The notes: generated by a model not told the origin, from the sequence alone. A stretch of DNA of 64,000 nucleotides from Bacillota bacterium (GCA_029779695.1 JAKPAB010000006.1:6173-70172), one strand, 5' to 3'; counted from the first letter of the stretch, positions 21,054 through 30,502 are shown. Translations and numbers: made by a program.

Positions 21054-22539
21054 ATCAAAAAGCGGAAGTCTTTTTCGCCAGATTTTTTTTACGATATCAT
21101 CAGTAATTATTGTAATTATTATTTTGATGTTTCTTTTAAATGCTGTTTTTATTGAGAAGATATACTCAAGAGAGAAATCAGCTACACTTAAGGAAACATA
21201 CTCAAATCTTCAGTCTGCATGTGTAGACAGAACGCTATATAAGAGATCATATATACCTGATTTTGACAGGATGTGCGTAACAGGCAATCTGACTATAGTT
21301 ATAATGTCGCCAGATGGCTCTGTTGTTATGTCTTCAGCAGAGAGCAATACAAGTGTCAATCTGGTTCGCCAGTTTATGGATTCAGTTTTTAATAATTTTA
21401 ATGATGACGAGAGAACTATATACGAATCCACATCATCGTATACACTTGAAAAACAGGAAGACAGCAATCTGCAGCAGGATTTTATTGTTCTTTGGGGTAA
21501 TTTGCCTGATGGCAACACTGTAGTTATTCGTTCAGCACTTGAAAGTATCGTAGAAAGCGCTAAAATTTCAAATCAGTTCATGCTGGCAGCTGGAGCCATA
21601 GCTATTGCGATTAGTATTCTTCTAACGGCATTTCTTACTAGAAGGATTACACGACCGATTACAGAACTGTCTAATTTATCGTTAAAAATGAAAAATCTCG
21701 ATTTTGATGCTAGATATTCACCGAGAAAAGAGGCTAATGAAATTGATATGTTAGGCTCTAATCTAAATGATATGTCGGAAAATCTCAAAAATTCAATTGC
21801 GGACATAAAAAAAGCTAATATTGAGCTTCAACATGATATTGAGATAAGAGATCAGTCAGATTCTATGAGAAAAGACTTTTTATCTAATGTTTCTCATGAA
21901 CTTAAGACTCCTATATCTCTTATACAGGGATATGCAGAGGGATTGCTTGATGGCGTTGCAGAGAATCCTGAGGATATGAAATATTATCTTGATGTAATTG
22001 TTGATGAAAGTAAAAAAATGAATCATCTTGTTCAACAATTATTATCTCTTAATCAGCTTGAATTTGGTTATAATGATATTGAACTTGAAAGATTTGATAT
22101 TGTTCCGGTGATTTCTGCGCTTATTCACAATTCCTCGATTCTGTTGGATAGAGGAGATATCAAGGTTATATTTGATGATAGCCAAAAGATATATGTATGG
22201 GGAGATGTATTTTTTACAGAGGAAATCATCAATAATTATCTATCAAATGCTATTCATTATGCAAAGGGAGAAAAGAAAATAGAAATTTCTCTTGAGAAAA
22301 ACAATAATAAAGAAGTGATATTTAAAGTCTTTAACACAGGAGATCAAATTCCTGAGGAGAGCCTGGGACATCTTTTTGAAAAATTCTATAAAGTTGATAA
22401 GGCTCGTAGCCGTGAGTATAGTGGGAGTGGAATAGGATTATCCGTTGTTAAGGCCTTGGCAGATATTTCTCATAAAGATTGTGGGGTTCAGAACAAGGAT
22501 AATGGAGTTATGTTTTATTTTATTTTTGACGAAGCTTGA
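20989..22539 (+). CDS. Sensor histidine kinase (two TM helices, extracytoplasmic loop, HAMP, HisKA, HATPase_c)
   Basis: H-box SHELKTPIS, N-box YLSNAIHY, G-boxes NTGDQIP and GSGIGLS. Start is uncertain: in-frame TTG at 21040 would give a 14-nt overlap with the regulator, versus 65 nt for the track start. Confidence 0.88.
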   Translation: MVTVAITSRLSGEWGINLKSSKSKSGSLFRQIFFTISSVIIVIIILMFLLNAVFIEKIYSREKSATLKETYSNLQSACVDRTLYKRSYIPDFDRMCVTGNLTIVIMSPDGSVVMSSAESNTSVNLVRQFMDSVFNNFNDDERTIYESTSSYTLEKQEDSNLQQDFIVLWGNLPDGNTVVIRSALESIVESAKISNQFMLAAGAIAIAISILLTAFLTRRITRPITELSNLSLKMKNLDFDARYSPRKEANEIDMLGSNLNDMSENLKNSIADIKKANIELQHDIEIRDQSDSMRKDFLSNVSHELKTPISLIQGYAEGLLDGVAENPEDMKYYLDVIVDESKKMNHLVQQLLSLNQLEFGYNDIELERFDIVPVISALIHNSSILLDRGDIKVIFDDSQKIYVWGDVFFTEEIINNYLSNAIHYAKGEKKIEISLEKNNNKEVIFKVFNTGDQIPEESLGHLFEKFYKVDKARSREYSGSGIGLSVVKALADISHKDCGVQNKDNGVMFYFIFDEA

Positions 22540-22681
22540 TTTTTATTCTAAATTTTTGCATTTTTTCTTGTATAATTAGTAAATAATACCGTGTTATAAG
22601 ATGTTTTTTGTTGAATATCTTGTACAAAAATGATACGATAAATGTAAATATTTATACAATTATTGCAAAGGAGACGACAGG

Positions 22682-23464
22682 ATGAAATCAAAGAAAAGAA
22701 TTATAGCGATTCTTCTCGGCCTGTCTTGTTTCTTATTTACGGGATGCGGCGACAAGTTGTATTCACTTACAGACAAGGAAGAAAAAATGATAGTTTCTTA
22801 TTCTACGGCTGTGGTTGCGAAATATAACAAGAAGCAGGGGCAGGGCAATATAAAACTCGTGGATGACTCTAAAAGTTCCACTAGTTCGTCTGGATCTTCA
22901 AGCGATTCAAAGAACTCTTCTGATGTTACAAGCTCAACTGATAAATCCAGTAAAAGCACTTCTAATTCAGGAAATTCAACTGATAAAACCAGTACATCAG
23001 ACAATACGACGACTACAGATACATCAGCCCAGACTACGTCCTCTATTCAGGATGTACTTGGAATTGATGGCATGACTTTTGAAATGGAACCGACAGAAGT
23101 CGTAAATGCATACAAGGTCAATAATTATTCTGCAGTTACACCTTCATCAGGTAATTCACTGGTGGTGGTTAAGGTGAAGGGAACTAATACAACATCAAAC
23201 GATATCAGTATCAATTTTCTTCAAAAGGGATATAAATATAAGTTTGTTTTAAATGGTACAGAAACATCAAATAACATGAGTCAGGATGGTTCTACAACGG
23301 CCTGGGTATTAAATGAGTTATCTACGTATAATGGTGTTGTTCCTGCGGGTAAATCGCAAGAATTTATTTTACTTTTCCAATTTAATTCTGAAAAGGCAGC
23401 TAACTTGACAGATCAGAGACTGGAAATTACAAAAGACGGTAAAGTCATAAATGTCAGTATTTAA
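22682..23464 (+). CDS. Lipoprotein with a Ser/Thr-rich linker and a C-terminal beta-rich (DUF4352-like) domain
   Basis: Signal peptide plus lipobox FLFTGC. About 70 aa of S/T/D/N low complexity, then an Ig-like-looking domain. The domain assignment is from memory only. Confidence 0.65.
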   Translation: MKSKKRIIAILLGLSCFLFTGCGDKLYSLTDKEEKMIVSYSTAVVAKYNKKQGQGNIKLVDDSKSSTSSSGSSSDSKNSSDVTSSTDKSSKSTSNSGNSTDKTSTSDNTTTTDTSAQTTSSIQDVLGIDGMTFEMEPTEVVNAYKVNNYSAVTPSSGNSLVVVKVKGTNTTSNDISINFLQKGYKYKFVLNGTETSNNMSQDGSTTAWVLNELSTYNGVVPAGKSQEFILLFQFNSEKAANLTDQRLEITKDGKVINVSI

Positions 23465-23485
23465 TTGACGAGAGGAGAATTTTAA

Positions 23486-24418
23486 ATGGATACAAATATC
23501 TTGCTTGAGACAGGAACTAACGAGCTTGAAATATTGGAATTTACCATTGCGGATATACATTATGGTATTAACGTTGCAAAGGTTCTTGAAATTATGCCTT
23601 ATGAAGAGGTTACACCTATTCCTAATGCTCATCCTTTTGTTGAAGGTATATTTATGCCGAGAGACACGATCATCTCTGTGATCAATTTGAGAAAATGTCT
23701 TGGGTGTGAGGATGCTGATCAGAAAAATGGACTTTTATTTATTACCAATTTTAACAATTTGAATACAGCTTTTCATGTTGATGCTGTACTTGGTATTCAC
23801 AGAGTATCATGGGCAGAAATTATTTCTCCTGATTCCACAATCAATTCAGATGGTGCAGGAACAGCAACCGGAGTAATAAAATATGAGGATAGACTGATAG
23901 TTATTCTTGATTTTGAAAAGATTGTAGCTGGAATCAATACAGAGACATCCCTTAAGGTATCTGATATGGACAATTACATTTCAAAAGACAGAAGTGCTTC
24001 ACCTATTATGTTGGTTGAAGATTCCAAGATGCTTATGAAGATGGTAGATGAAAGCTTGAGAAAAGCAGGCTATACTAATTTAAATACCAGTTATAATGGT
24101 AAGGAAGCTTGGGACAAGTTAGTTGAAATGAAAAACGCTGGAGGTGTCCTTGATAAGGTTCACTTGATAATTACAGATATCGAGATGCCTCAGATGGATG
24201 GACATAGGCTCTGCAAGCTGATAAAAACTGATGATGAACTTAAAAATATTCCTGTAATTATTTTCTCATCTCTCATCAATGATGATATCAGAAGAAAGGG
24301 TGAGTCGGTTGGCGCAGATGATCAGCTGACAAAGCCTGAGATAGGAAAGCTTGTCGGTGCAGTTGACCGTCTTGTCGCTCAGTATGAAGAAGCAAGAAAA
24401 AAAGCTAAGAAAGACTGA
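23486..24418 (+). CDS. cheV: Chemotaxis protein CheV (CheW-like domain fused to a receiver domain)
   Basis: N-terminal CheW-like domain (ELEILEFTI...YGINVAKV). C-terminal REC domain (VEDS..., ITDIEMPQMDG, FSSL..., TKP). Confidence 0.85.
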   Translation: MDTNILLETGTNELEILEFTIADIHYGINVAKVLEIMPYEEVTPIPNAHPFVEGIFMPRDTIISVINLRKCLGCEDADQKNGLLFITNFNNLNTAFHVDAVLGIHRVSWAEIISPDSTINSDGAGTATGVIKYEDRLIVILDFEKIVAGINTETSLKVSDMDNYISKDRSASPIMLVEDSKMLMKMVDESLRKAGYTNLNTSYNGKEAWDKLVEMKNAGGVLDKVHLIITDIEMPQMDGHRLCKLIKTDDELKNIPVIIFSSLINDDIRRKGESVGADDQLTKPEIGKLVGAVDRLVAQYEEARKKAKKD

Positions 24419-24482
24419 TATATAGATTTGAAGGGAGTGGTGTGATTTTCTCGCATCTCTCCCTTTTTTGGAGGGGTATAAA

Positions 24483-26510
24483 TTGCCTAATCAGGAAGAC
24501 TATTTGGATAACCTTCTGGATTCAATCCAGGATGTCAGACATCAGAAGTCCAAAGAAGAACGTGATGCTGATAAAAAAAGACAAGCTCGTTACCAGGAGA
24601 GAAGAAGGGTAAGCCCTGATGATGATTTTCTGGAACGCACAGGGCTTAAGGACTATGAGCCAAAATCAGTAGATAGAAATAATCTTAAAAGAGCTCTTTC
24701 CGAAGCCGATTTTTTGAAGGATTTTGAAGCATCATTGGATGAAGAAGAATCAGATGATTTTATCGATGAATTTGAACATGAAATTGGATTTGCGTCTGAC
24801 AAATATAATAATGAAGATGAGGATATTGATAACAAGAAGGAAGTATACTCGAAGGCGGATGCTGACGATTTTTATGATACAGATACTGACATTGATAATT
24901 CTGACACTGATAATTCAGATACTAATATTGAAGATTCATATACTGACAATGAGAACTCAGATACTGATGTTGAAAAATCTGATGATAATATCGAAAATTC
25001 GTATATTGATGCAACAGGAAAACCTGAAGAATTTAATGACAAAAATGATTTTCAAGAAGATGCTCGAGAAGAAATTATCGAAGATGAAGCTAATATATCA
25101 GTGGATTCAGATGACGAAGATGAGACGGCTTCGGATAATGCTGATTTTTCAATAGAGTCGATAATGGCTAAGGCAGAGGAAACAGTCAAAGGTTCTGGAA
25201 AAGAAAGTGCTGATAAATTGTCAGATGATGACGAATCAGATGATTATGTTAATAGTGATGATCAGGACTTTGTTGATGGTCCACTTCAAATGGATCATGA
25301 GGACAATAAAAGTGAAGATCCAGATGATGCACTATTGTCCGATCATGAGTCTATATCATTAACAGTTCCAACCGATGAAGAAGAATTCTCACTTGATGAA
25401 CCGGCAGACAATATGGATTTATCAGAAGATGGATCTAATGCCGATGATCTGATATCTCTTTTACAAGGAGATGGAAATGGTGATCTCGGAGAAATATCTG
25501 ATCTATTAAATGCTGATTCTAGTGGAGAGACTCTTCCAGAGGCAGAGGATAGCTTTGATGATAACGTTCCGGATGTGATGGATGAACCGGGTCCTGGAGA
25601 TCCTGATTTTATGAGTGGAGAAGAAGAAAAAAGTGAAAAAAAGCAGGGTTTTCTTCAGAAGATTCTTTCTTCATTTAAGAAAAAAGATAAAACTACCGAT
25701 AATACAGTCGTTTTAAAAGAAGAGAAACCGGAAGTGTTTTCTGAAGAAAATGATCAGATCCTCAGCGAAATGGAGCGTGAGGAAGAGGAAGATCCTGATG
25801 ATGATGGAACAGGCCTGATTTTGGGATTTTTCAGAAAAAACAAGGCTAAAAGTGCTGCAAAAAAAGAAGAAAAGAAAAATAAGCCAAAAAAAGAAAAGCC
25901 TATAAAAGAAAAACCTAAGAAAGAACCTAAACCGCCTAAAGCACCAAAGCCACCAAAGCCCAAGGATAACTCTCCTAAAATATCGAAAAAGGTTCTTGTG
26001 ATGACAGTTATTCTTGCAATATCGGTTATAGCACTGATTTTGATTGGAACAAAAACGTTTGCTGATCAAAGAGATTTGCAAGAGGCAAATAGTCTTTATG
26101 CCAAGGGCGAAGCTGATATGAAAAATTATGTGGATGCATATGATGTTCTCGCAGGTGGAACCTATACAGGAAATGAAGAAAAATTATATAAGCAGACAGC
26201 ACAAATGGCGGATATTGTTAATAGTATAGATAGGTATACCAGCTTTATTGGAAAAGAAAAATATGATATGGCGCTGAATGAATTAATTATGGCCTGTGGA
26301 AGAGCAAAGGAAAACAGTGCATATATTAAGAAACTGGGTATTACGGATATTTATCAGTCGAAGGTTGATATTATTACGCAGGCATTGAGTGATCAGTTTA
26401 ATGTTACCCCGGAACAAGCTAATGATATTTATAAGATGAGTACAAGAAAGAAATATACAAAGGCCTTGAATGATATTCTAGGATCACTTGGGATGCTAAA
26501 AAAGAAGTAA
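24483..26510 (+). CDS. Hyper-acidic, repeat-containing, single-pass membrane-anchored protein (hypothetical)
   Basis: GGAGGGG at 24470-24476 sits 6 nt before TTG 24483. About 450 aa dominated by D/E/S/N, then a K/P-rich stretch (KPKKEKPIKEKPKKEPKPPKAPKPPKPK), then a TM helix (VLVMTVILAISVIALILIGT), then a ~150-aa ordered C-terminal domain. Confidence 0.65.
   Translation: MPNQEDYLDNLLDSIQDVRHQKSKEERDADKKRQARYQERRRVSPDDDFLERTGLKDYEPKSVDRNNLKRALSEADFLKDFEASLDEEESDDFIDEFEHEIGFASDKYNNEDEDIDNKKEVYSKADADDFYDTDTDIDNSDTDNSDTNIEDSYTDNENSDTDVEKSDDNIENSYIDATGKPEEFNDKNDFQEDAREEIIEDEANISVDSDDEDETASDNADFSIESIMAKAEETVKGSGKESADKLSDDDESDDYVNSDDQDFVDGPLQMDHEDNKSEDPDDALLSDHESISLTVPTDEEEFSLDEPADNMDLSEDGSNADDLISLLQGDGNGDLGEISDLLNADSSGETLPEAEDSFDDNVPDVMDEPGPGDPDFMSGEEEKSEKKQGFLQKILSSFKKKDKTTDNTVVLKEEKPEVFSEENDQILSEMEREEEEDPDDDGTGLILGFFRKNKAKSAAKKEEKKNKPKKEKPIKEKPKKEPKPPKAPKPPKPKDNSPKISKKVLVMTVILAISVIALILIGTKTFADQRDLQEANSLYAKGEADMKNYVDAYDVLAGGTYTGNEEKLYKQTAQMADIVNSIDRYTSFIGKEKYDMALNELIMACGRAKENSAYIKKLGITDIYQSKVDIITQALSDQFNVTPEQANDIYKMSTRKKYTKALNDILGSLGMLKKK
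24882..25010 (+). repeat. Imperfect tandem ~21-nt (heptapeptide) repeats inside the acidic protein gene
   Basis: Encoded units: DTDIDNS / DTDNS / DTNIEDS / YTDNENS / DTDVEKS / DDNIENS / YID. Confidence 0.5.
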
Positions 26511-26583
26511 ATTTATTTCAACATAAAAACTAATATAAAAAGCGGGTGTCTGTATAGACACCCGTAATTTAGAAAGACTAATT

Positions 26584-27192
26584 ATGAAAATTGGAATTAT
26601 CGACTATGGTGCCGGCAACATTCAAAGTGTAACAAATGCTTTTGGCAGGATAGGAGCAGAGTGCGTTTTATCTGGAGATATCAACGAGCTTCTTCGATGC
26701 GATCACCTGGTGCTTCCGGGAGTTGGTTCTTTTGGCGCAGCAATGGATAGCCTAAATAAATCTAATATTAAACCTATTATAGAAAAAGCAATGAATGATA
26801 ATATACCTTTTCTTGGGATATGCCTTGGACTTCAGCTTTTATATGAAAAAAGTGAAGAAAGTCCGGATGCTATTGGATTATCTGTACTAAATGGCGTAAT
26901 TAAAAAAATCCCATCACGTTGCGGTATCAAGATCCCACACATGGGGTGGGATAATTGCATTTTAAAAAATGAAGGAAGGTTATTTGCCGGTATACCCAAA
27001 GATCCTTATCTTTACTTTGTTCATTCATATTATCTTGATGCTTCTGATAAAACAATGGTTACAGCTGTTACCAATTATGGAGTAGACATGGATGTATCTA
27101 TTGAAAAGAATAATTTCTTTGCATGTCAGTTTCATCCCGAGAAAAGCGGAGATACAGGTATGTACATTTTGAAGAATTTTATGGAGATATAG
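26584..27192 (+). CDS. hisH: Imidazole glycerol phosphate synthase, glutamine amidotransferase subunit
   Basis: Class-I GATase triad context: GICLGLQ (Cys nucleophile) and FHPEKS. Confidence 0.9.
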   Translation: MKIGIIDYGAGNIQSVTNAFGRIGAECVLSGDINELLRCDHLVLPGVGSFGAAMDSLNKSNIKPIIEKAMNDNIPFLGICLGLQLLYEKSEESPDAIGLSVLNGVIKKIPSRCGIKIPHMGWDNCILKNEGRLFAGIPKDPYLYFVHSYYLDASDKTMVTAVTNYGVDMDVSIEKNNFFACQFHPEKSGDTGMYILKNFMEI

Positions 27193-27194
27193 GT

Positions 27195-27956
27195 ATGCTT
27201 ACTAAGAGAATCATTCCGTGCCTTGATGTAAAGGACAACAGAGTTGTTAAGGGAATCAATTTTAAGGAACTTAGAGATGCCGGTGATCCGGTAGAAACAG
27301 GAAAGGCATATGCTGAGGCAGGAGCTGACGAATTGGTATTTCTTGATATAAGTGCATCACTTGATAAGAAAAAAACAGTTGTCGACATGGTTCGAAATGT
27401 TTCAAAAAATGTGTTTATTCCATTTACAGTTGGCGGCGGTATAAAAAGTATTGAAGATATTAGAGATGTACTTAGAGCTGGAGCAGATAAAGTTTCTCTC
27501 AATACATCAGCAATTGAAAATCCTGATCTGATCAGAAAAGGGGCTGATATATTTGGAAGTCAATGCATAGTTGTGGCTATAGATGCAAAAAAAAATATTG
27601 ATAAAACAGGGTATCATCTCAGCAAAGCAGGCGGAACAATAGAGCTTGATATTGATGCACTTGGATGGGCAAAAAAGGTAGAAAGTCTTGGAGCAGGAGA
27701 GATACTTCTCACCAGCATGGATCGAGATGGCACAAAAGAGGGATTTGATATAGAATTGACTAGAATGATCTCAGATGCTGTTTCAATTCCCGTTATTGCC
27801 TCTGGCGGAGCTGGCAAAGCTGAAGATTTTTTCGAAGCCCTGACTAAGGGACATGCTGATGCAGCGCTTGCAGCGTCTCTTTTTCATTATGGAACCTTAC
27901 AGATCAATGATTTAAAAAAGTATCTATCAGATAAAGATCTTCCGATAAGATGCTAA
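27195..27956 (+). CDS. hisF: Imidazole glycerol phosphate synthase, cyclase subunit
   Basis: [14 protein letters not shown]..., FTVGGGI, SGGAG. ATG 27195 lies 2 nt after the hisH stop and is preceded by GGAG. The track start at 27123 is an over-extension into hisH. Confidence 0.92.
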   Translation: MLTKRIIPCLDVKDNRVVKGINFKELRDAGDPVETGKAYAEAGADELVFLDISASLDKKKTVVDMVRNVSKNVFIPFTVGGGIKSIEDIRDVLRAGADKVSLNTSAIENPDLIRKGADIFGSQCIVVAIDAKKNIDKTGYHLSKAGGTIELDIDALGWAKKVESLGAGEILLTSMDRDGTKEGFDIELTRMISDAVSIPVIASGGAGKAEDFFEALTKGHADAALAASLFHYGTLQINDLKKYLSDKDLPIRC

Positions 27957-28044
27957 AGATCAGCCTTCTGTAATGAATCATCAGAAAATAAATAGTTGAT
28001 AGAAAAGTTTACGATAAAATCATATATGTACAAGAAGGATAAAA

Positions 28045-28722
28045 ATGTCTGCTATAGAGAATGACTGGTTAGATGTAATAAAACCTGAATTTAAGAAACC
28101 GTATTATAAAGATCTGTTTGAAAAAGTTAAAGAAGAGTACCATAATTATGAGGTTTTTCCACCATCTGAAGAGATTTTTAATGCTTTTCATTTGACACCT
28201 TATTCTAAAGTTAAGGTTGTAATTATTGGACAAGATCCTTATTTTCATATAGGCCAGGCTCATGGACTTTGTTTTTCGGTAAAGCCTGGAGTTAAAACAC
28301 CGCCATCCCTTGTAAATATATATAAAGAACTGAATTCTGATCTCGGACTTAAAATCCCCAATAATGGTTACCTAGTGAAATGGGCAGAACAGGGAGTATT
28401 TATGCTTAATGCTGTTCTGACAGTAAGAGCACTTAATCCTAATTCACATCAGGGGATGGGATGGGAAAATTTTACGGATGCTGCAATTGAAGCTCTTGGA
28501 AAAAGTGACCGGCCCATTGTATTTATGCTATGGGGTAATTCGGCCAGAGCAAAAAAGAAATTATTAGGTGATAATCCAAATCACCTTATTCTTGAAGCTC
28601 CACATCCCAGTCCACTTTCTGCATATCATGGCTTTTTTGGGTGCAAACATTTTAGCAAGGCCAATTCTTTTTTGGAAAAACATGGTGAAAATGGAATTGA
28701 CTGGCAAATTGATGATATCTGA
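28045..28722 (+). CDS. ung: Uracil-DNA glycosylase (family 1)
   Basis: GQDPYF(H) water-activating loop and the HPSPLS leucine-loop motif. Confidence 0.95.
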   Translation: MSAIENDWLDVIKPEFKKPYYKDLFEKVKEEYHNYEVFPPSEEIFNAFHLTPYSKVKVVIIGQDPYFHIGQAHGLCFSVKPGVKTPPSLVNIYKELNSDLGLKIPNNGYLVKWAEQGVFMLNAVLTVRALNPNSHQGMGWENFTDAAIEALGKSDRPIVFMLWGNSARAKKKLLGDNPNHLILEAPHPSPLSAYHGFFGCKHFSKANSFLEKHGENGIDWQIDDI

Positions 28723-28836
28723 TGACTTTTTAGACAAAAGGTGATATAATATTGTCATTAAATGGAATTAAAATTCTGCTTTTACTAACCGAAGCCAAAT
28801 GATTGACTGGTGATTATGCCAAGGAAGGAGCGGATC

Positions 28837-29604
28837 ATGTCAGGTATCAATATAAGTAATAATAGTTGGAATAATTGGACATCCTCGTCTATTCAGACAT
28901 TATTCGCAGGTTTTAGTACAACAGGTGTAAATAATCTTGCATCGCTTACCAACGATTACTCTAGTATAAAAAATGGTTCATATGGTAAGCTTGTTAAAGC
29001 GTACTATGACAAAGAAGACAGTTCTAGTACCAAGAAGACTTCTTCACAGGATAAGATCAATCAGCTTGCCAAAGATGCAACAACTCAGAATACAAAACAA
29101 GAAAATCAAGTCGTTTCTGATGCCAAGTCACTGGAGAATTCTGTTGATAAACTGGAAAAAACAGGAACGTCTTCATTGTTTACGAAATCTTATTCCGTCA
29201 GTAATAATTCATACGATTATAATACAGACAAAATATTTAGTGCTGTAAGTGATTTCGTTAATTCTTATAACAACTTGATAAGCTCAACAGATAAATTGGA
29301 TTCCTCTAGCAATGATACCAATGTATCAAATATGCTTAATGCAACCAGAATAAACTCAAAGACACTTGATAAAATTGGAATTACGGTAGGCTCCGATTCG
29401 AAGCTTTCTGTTAATAAGGATTTGTTTAAAAAGAGCAATATGTCTGATGTTCAGTCTCTCTTTCAGGGAAGCGGCAGTTATGGCTCAACGGTTTCTAATC
29501 AGGCCGAATCAATCTCAGGAAGGATCACAGGAACTACAGGATATGATAGTAATGGTAAGTATTCTGCTACGAATTATAGCGATATCTTTTCATCATATGT
29601 ATAA
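28837..29604 (+). CDS. Hypothetical Ser/Asn/Thr-rich protein with FliD (filament cap)-like segments
   Basis: AGGAAGGAG sits 6 nt before ATG 28837 (the track's GTG 28810 is less likely). No signal peptide. The segments ...IFSAVSDFVNSYNNLISSTDKL... and ...LDKIGITVGSDSKLSVNKDLFKK..MSDVQSLFQG... resemble the conserved central and C-terminal FliD blocks from memory. Confidence 0.5.
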   Translation: MSGINISNNSWNNWTSSSIQTLFAGFSTTGVNNLASLTNDYSSIKNGSYGKLVKAYYDKEDSSSTKKTSSQDKINQLAKDATTQNTKQENQVVSDAKSLENSVDKLEKTGTSSLFTKSYSVSNNSYDYNTDKIFSAVSDFVNSYNNLISSTDKLDSSSNDTNVSNMLNATRINSKTLDKIGITVGSDSKLSVNKDLFKKSNMSDVQSLFQGSGSYGSTVSNQAESISGRITGTTGYDSNGKYSATNYSDIFSSYV

Positions 29605-29620
29605 CATAAAAGGTGATAGA

Positions 29621-29649
29621 TCCCATGCAGAGATGCATGGGATTTTTTT
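29621..29649 (+). terminator. Rho-independent terminator
   Basis: TCCCATGCA-GAGA-TGCATGGGA followed by T7. Confidence 0.8.
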
Positions 29650-29791
29650 AAGTGAATAATTAGATTTCAGATAAATGCTTTAAAATGTTACACTAAAATA
29701 ATTATATTTGAAAAATCAATGCCAAGTTGCACTTTTAATGATATAATAATCAACGTTTGTTGAACTGATTACAAATTGAAGGAGAAAAGAC

Positions 29792-30502
29792 ATGTCATTA
29801 TTATCCGTAAAGGATCTACTCTGCAATAATTCATATCCGGGAAGAGGTATTATAACTGGGTTATCAATGGATGGGAAAAGTGCAGTAGCGGCTTATTTTA
29901 TCATGGGAAGAAGTGAGAATAGCAGAAACCGTGTTTTCGAAAAAACTGAAGATGGAATTAAGACTAAGGCTTTCGACCCCTCTAAATTGACGGATCCAAG
30001 CCTTATTATTTATTCGCCTGTTCGTACTCTCGGCGCATATACAATTGTCACAAATGGCGATCAGACGGATACTGTTTATGATGGTTTGAAAAACGGACTT
30101 ACATTTGAACAATCACTTCGAACGAGAACATTCGAACCGGATGAACCTAATTATACGCCTAGAATCTCTGCACTGCTTGATAATACTGATGAGAACTTTT
30201 CTATGCAGATCTCGATCATTAAAAGCTGTGAAGGTAATCCTGAATGTGTTAATAGATATGTTTTTTCATATGATAAACCATTAAAAGGAGAGGGAAGATT
30301 TATTCATACTTATATTTCTGATGGCAATCCACTTAAATCTTTTACAGGCGAGCCTGAGAAGTTAGAGTTAAATGGTACAATTGATGAATTTACCGATGAG
30401 ATATGGTCTAGCCTTAATAACGAAAATAAGATTTCGTTATATGTTCTGTATATTGATATTGAAACGGGTAAAAAAGAAGTCAGGATAGTAAATAAAAATT
30501 AG
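29792..30502 (+). CDS. purO: IMP cyclohydrolase, archaeal PurO type
   Basis: Aligns by eye with archaeal PurO blocks: YPGRGIITG...AAYFIMGRSENSRNR, YTIVTNGDQTDTV, EPDEPNYTPRISA. Sits directly upstream of an AICARFT-only purH. Confidence 0.8.
   Translation: MSLLSVKDLLCNNSYPGRGIITGLSMDGKSAVAAYFIMGRSENSRNRVFEKTEDGIKTKAFDPSKLTDPSLIIYSPVRTLGAYTIVTNGDQTDTVYDGLKNGLTFEQSLRTRTFEPDEPNYTPRISALLDNTDENFSMQISIIKSCEGNPECVNRYVFSYDKPLKGEGRFIHTYISDGNPLKSFTGEPEKLELNGTIDEFTDEIWSSLNNENKISLYVLYIDIETGKKEVRIVNKN

Noticed and set aside
24724-26081. Alternative-frame ORFs inside the acidic-protein gene (24724-25155 on +, 25713-26081 and 25754-25963 on -)
   Set aside because: They are by-products of the GAT/GAA/AAA-rich repetitive coding sequence. 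Their translations are I/L/K/F-rich repeats (ILTLIILTLII..., FFFF...) with no start context.
19685-26583. Genomic island integrated at the 3' end of ssrA
   Set aside because: I noticed no integrase or recombinase gene and no downstream direct repeat of the tmRNA 3' end (GGTTCAATTCCCGTCTAGTCCA). Base composition does not change visibly. An exact-repeat search would still be worthwhile.
29650-29791. Purine or ZTP (pfl) riboswitch upstream of purO-purH; I also checked 10605-10672 before purC
   Set aside because: I saw neither the purine-riboswitch three-way junction core nor the ZTP GGGUCGUGA...CCGCCUGGG core. The regions are short and AT-rich, with ordinary promoter-like elements.
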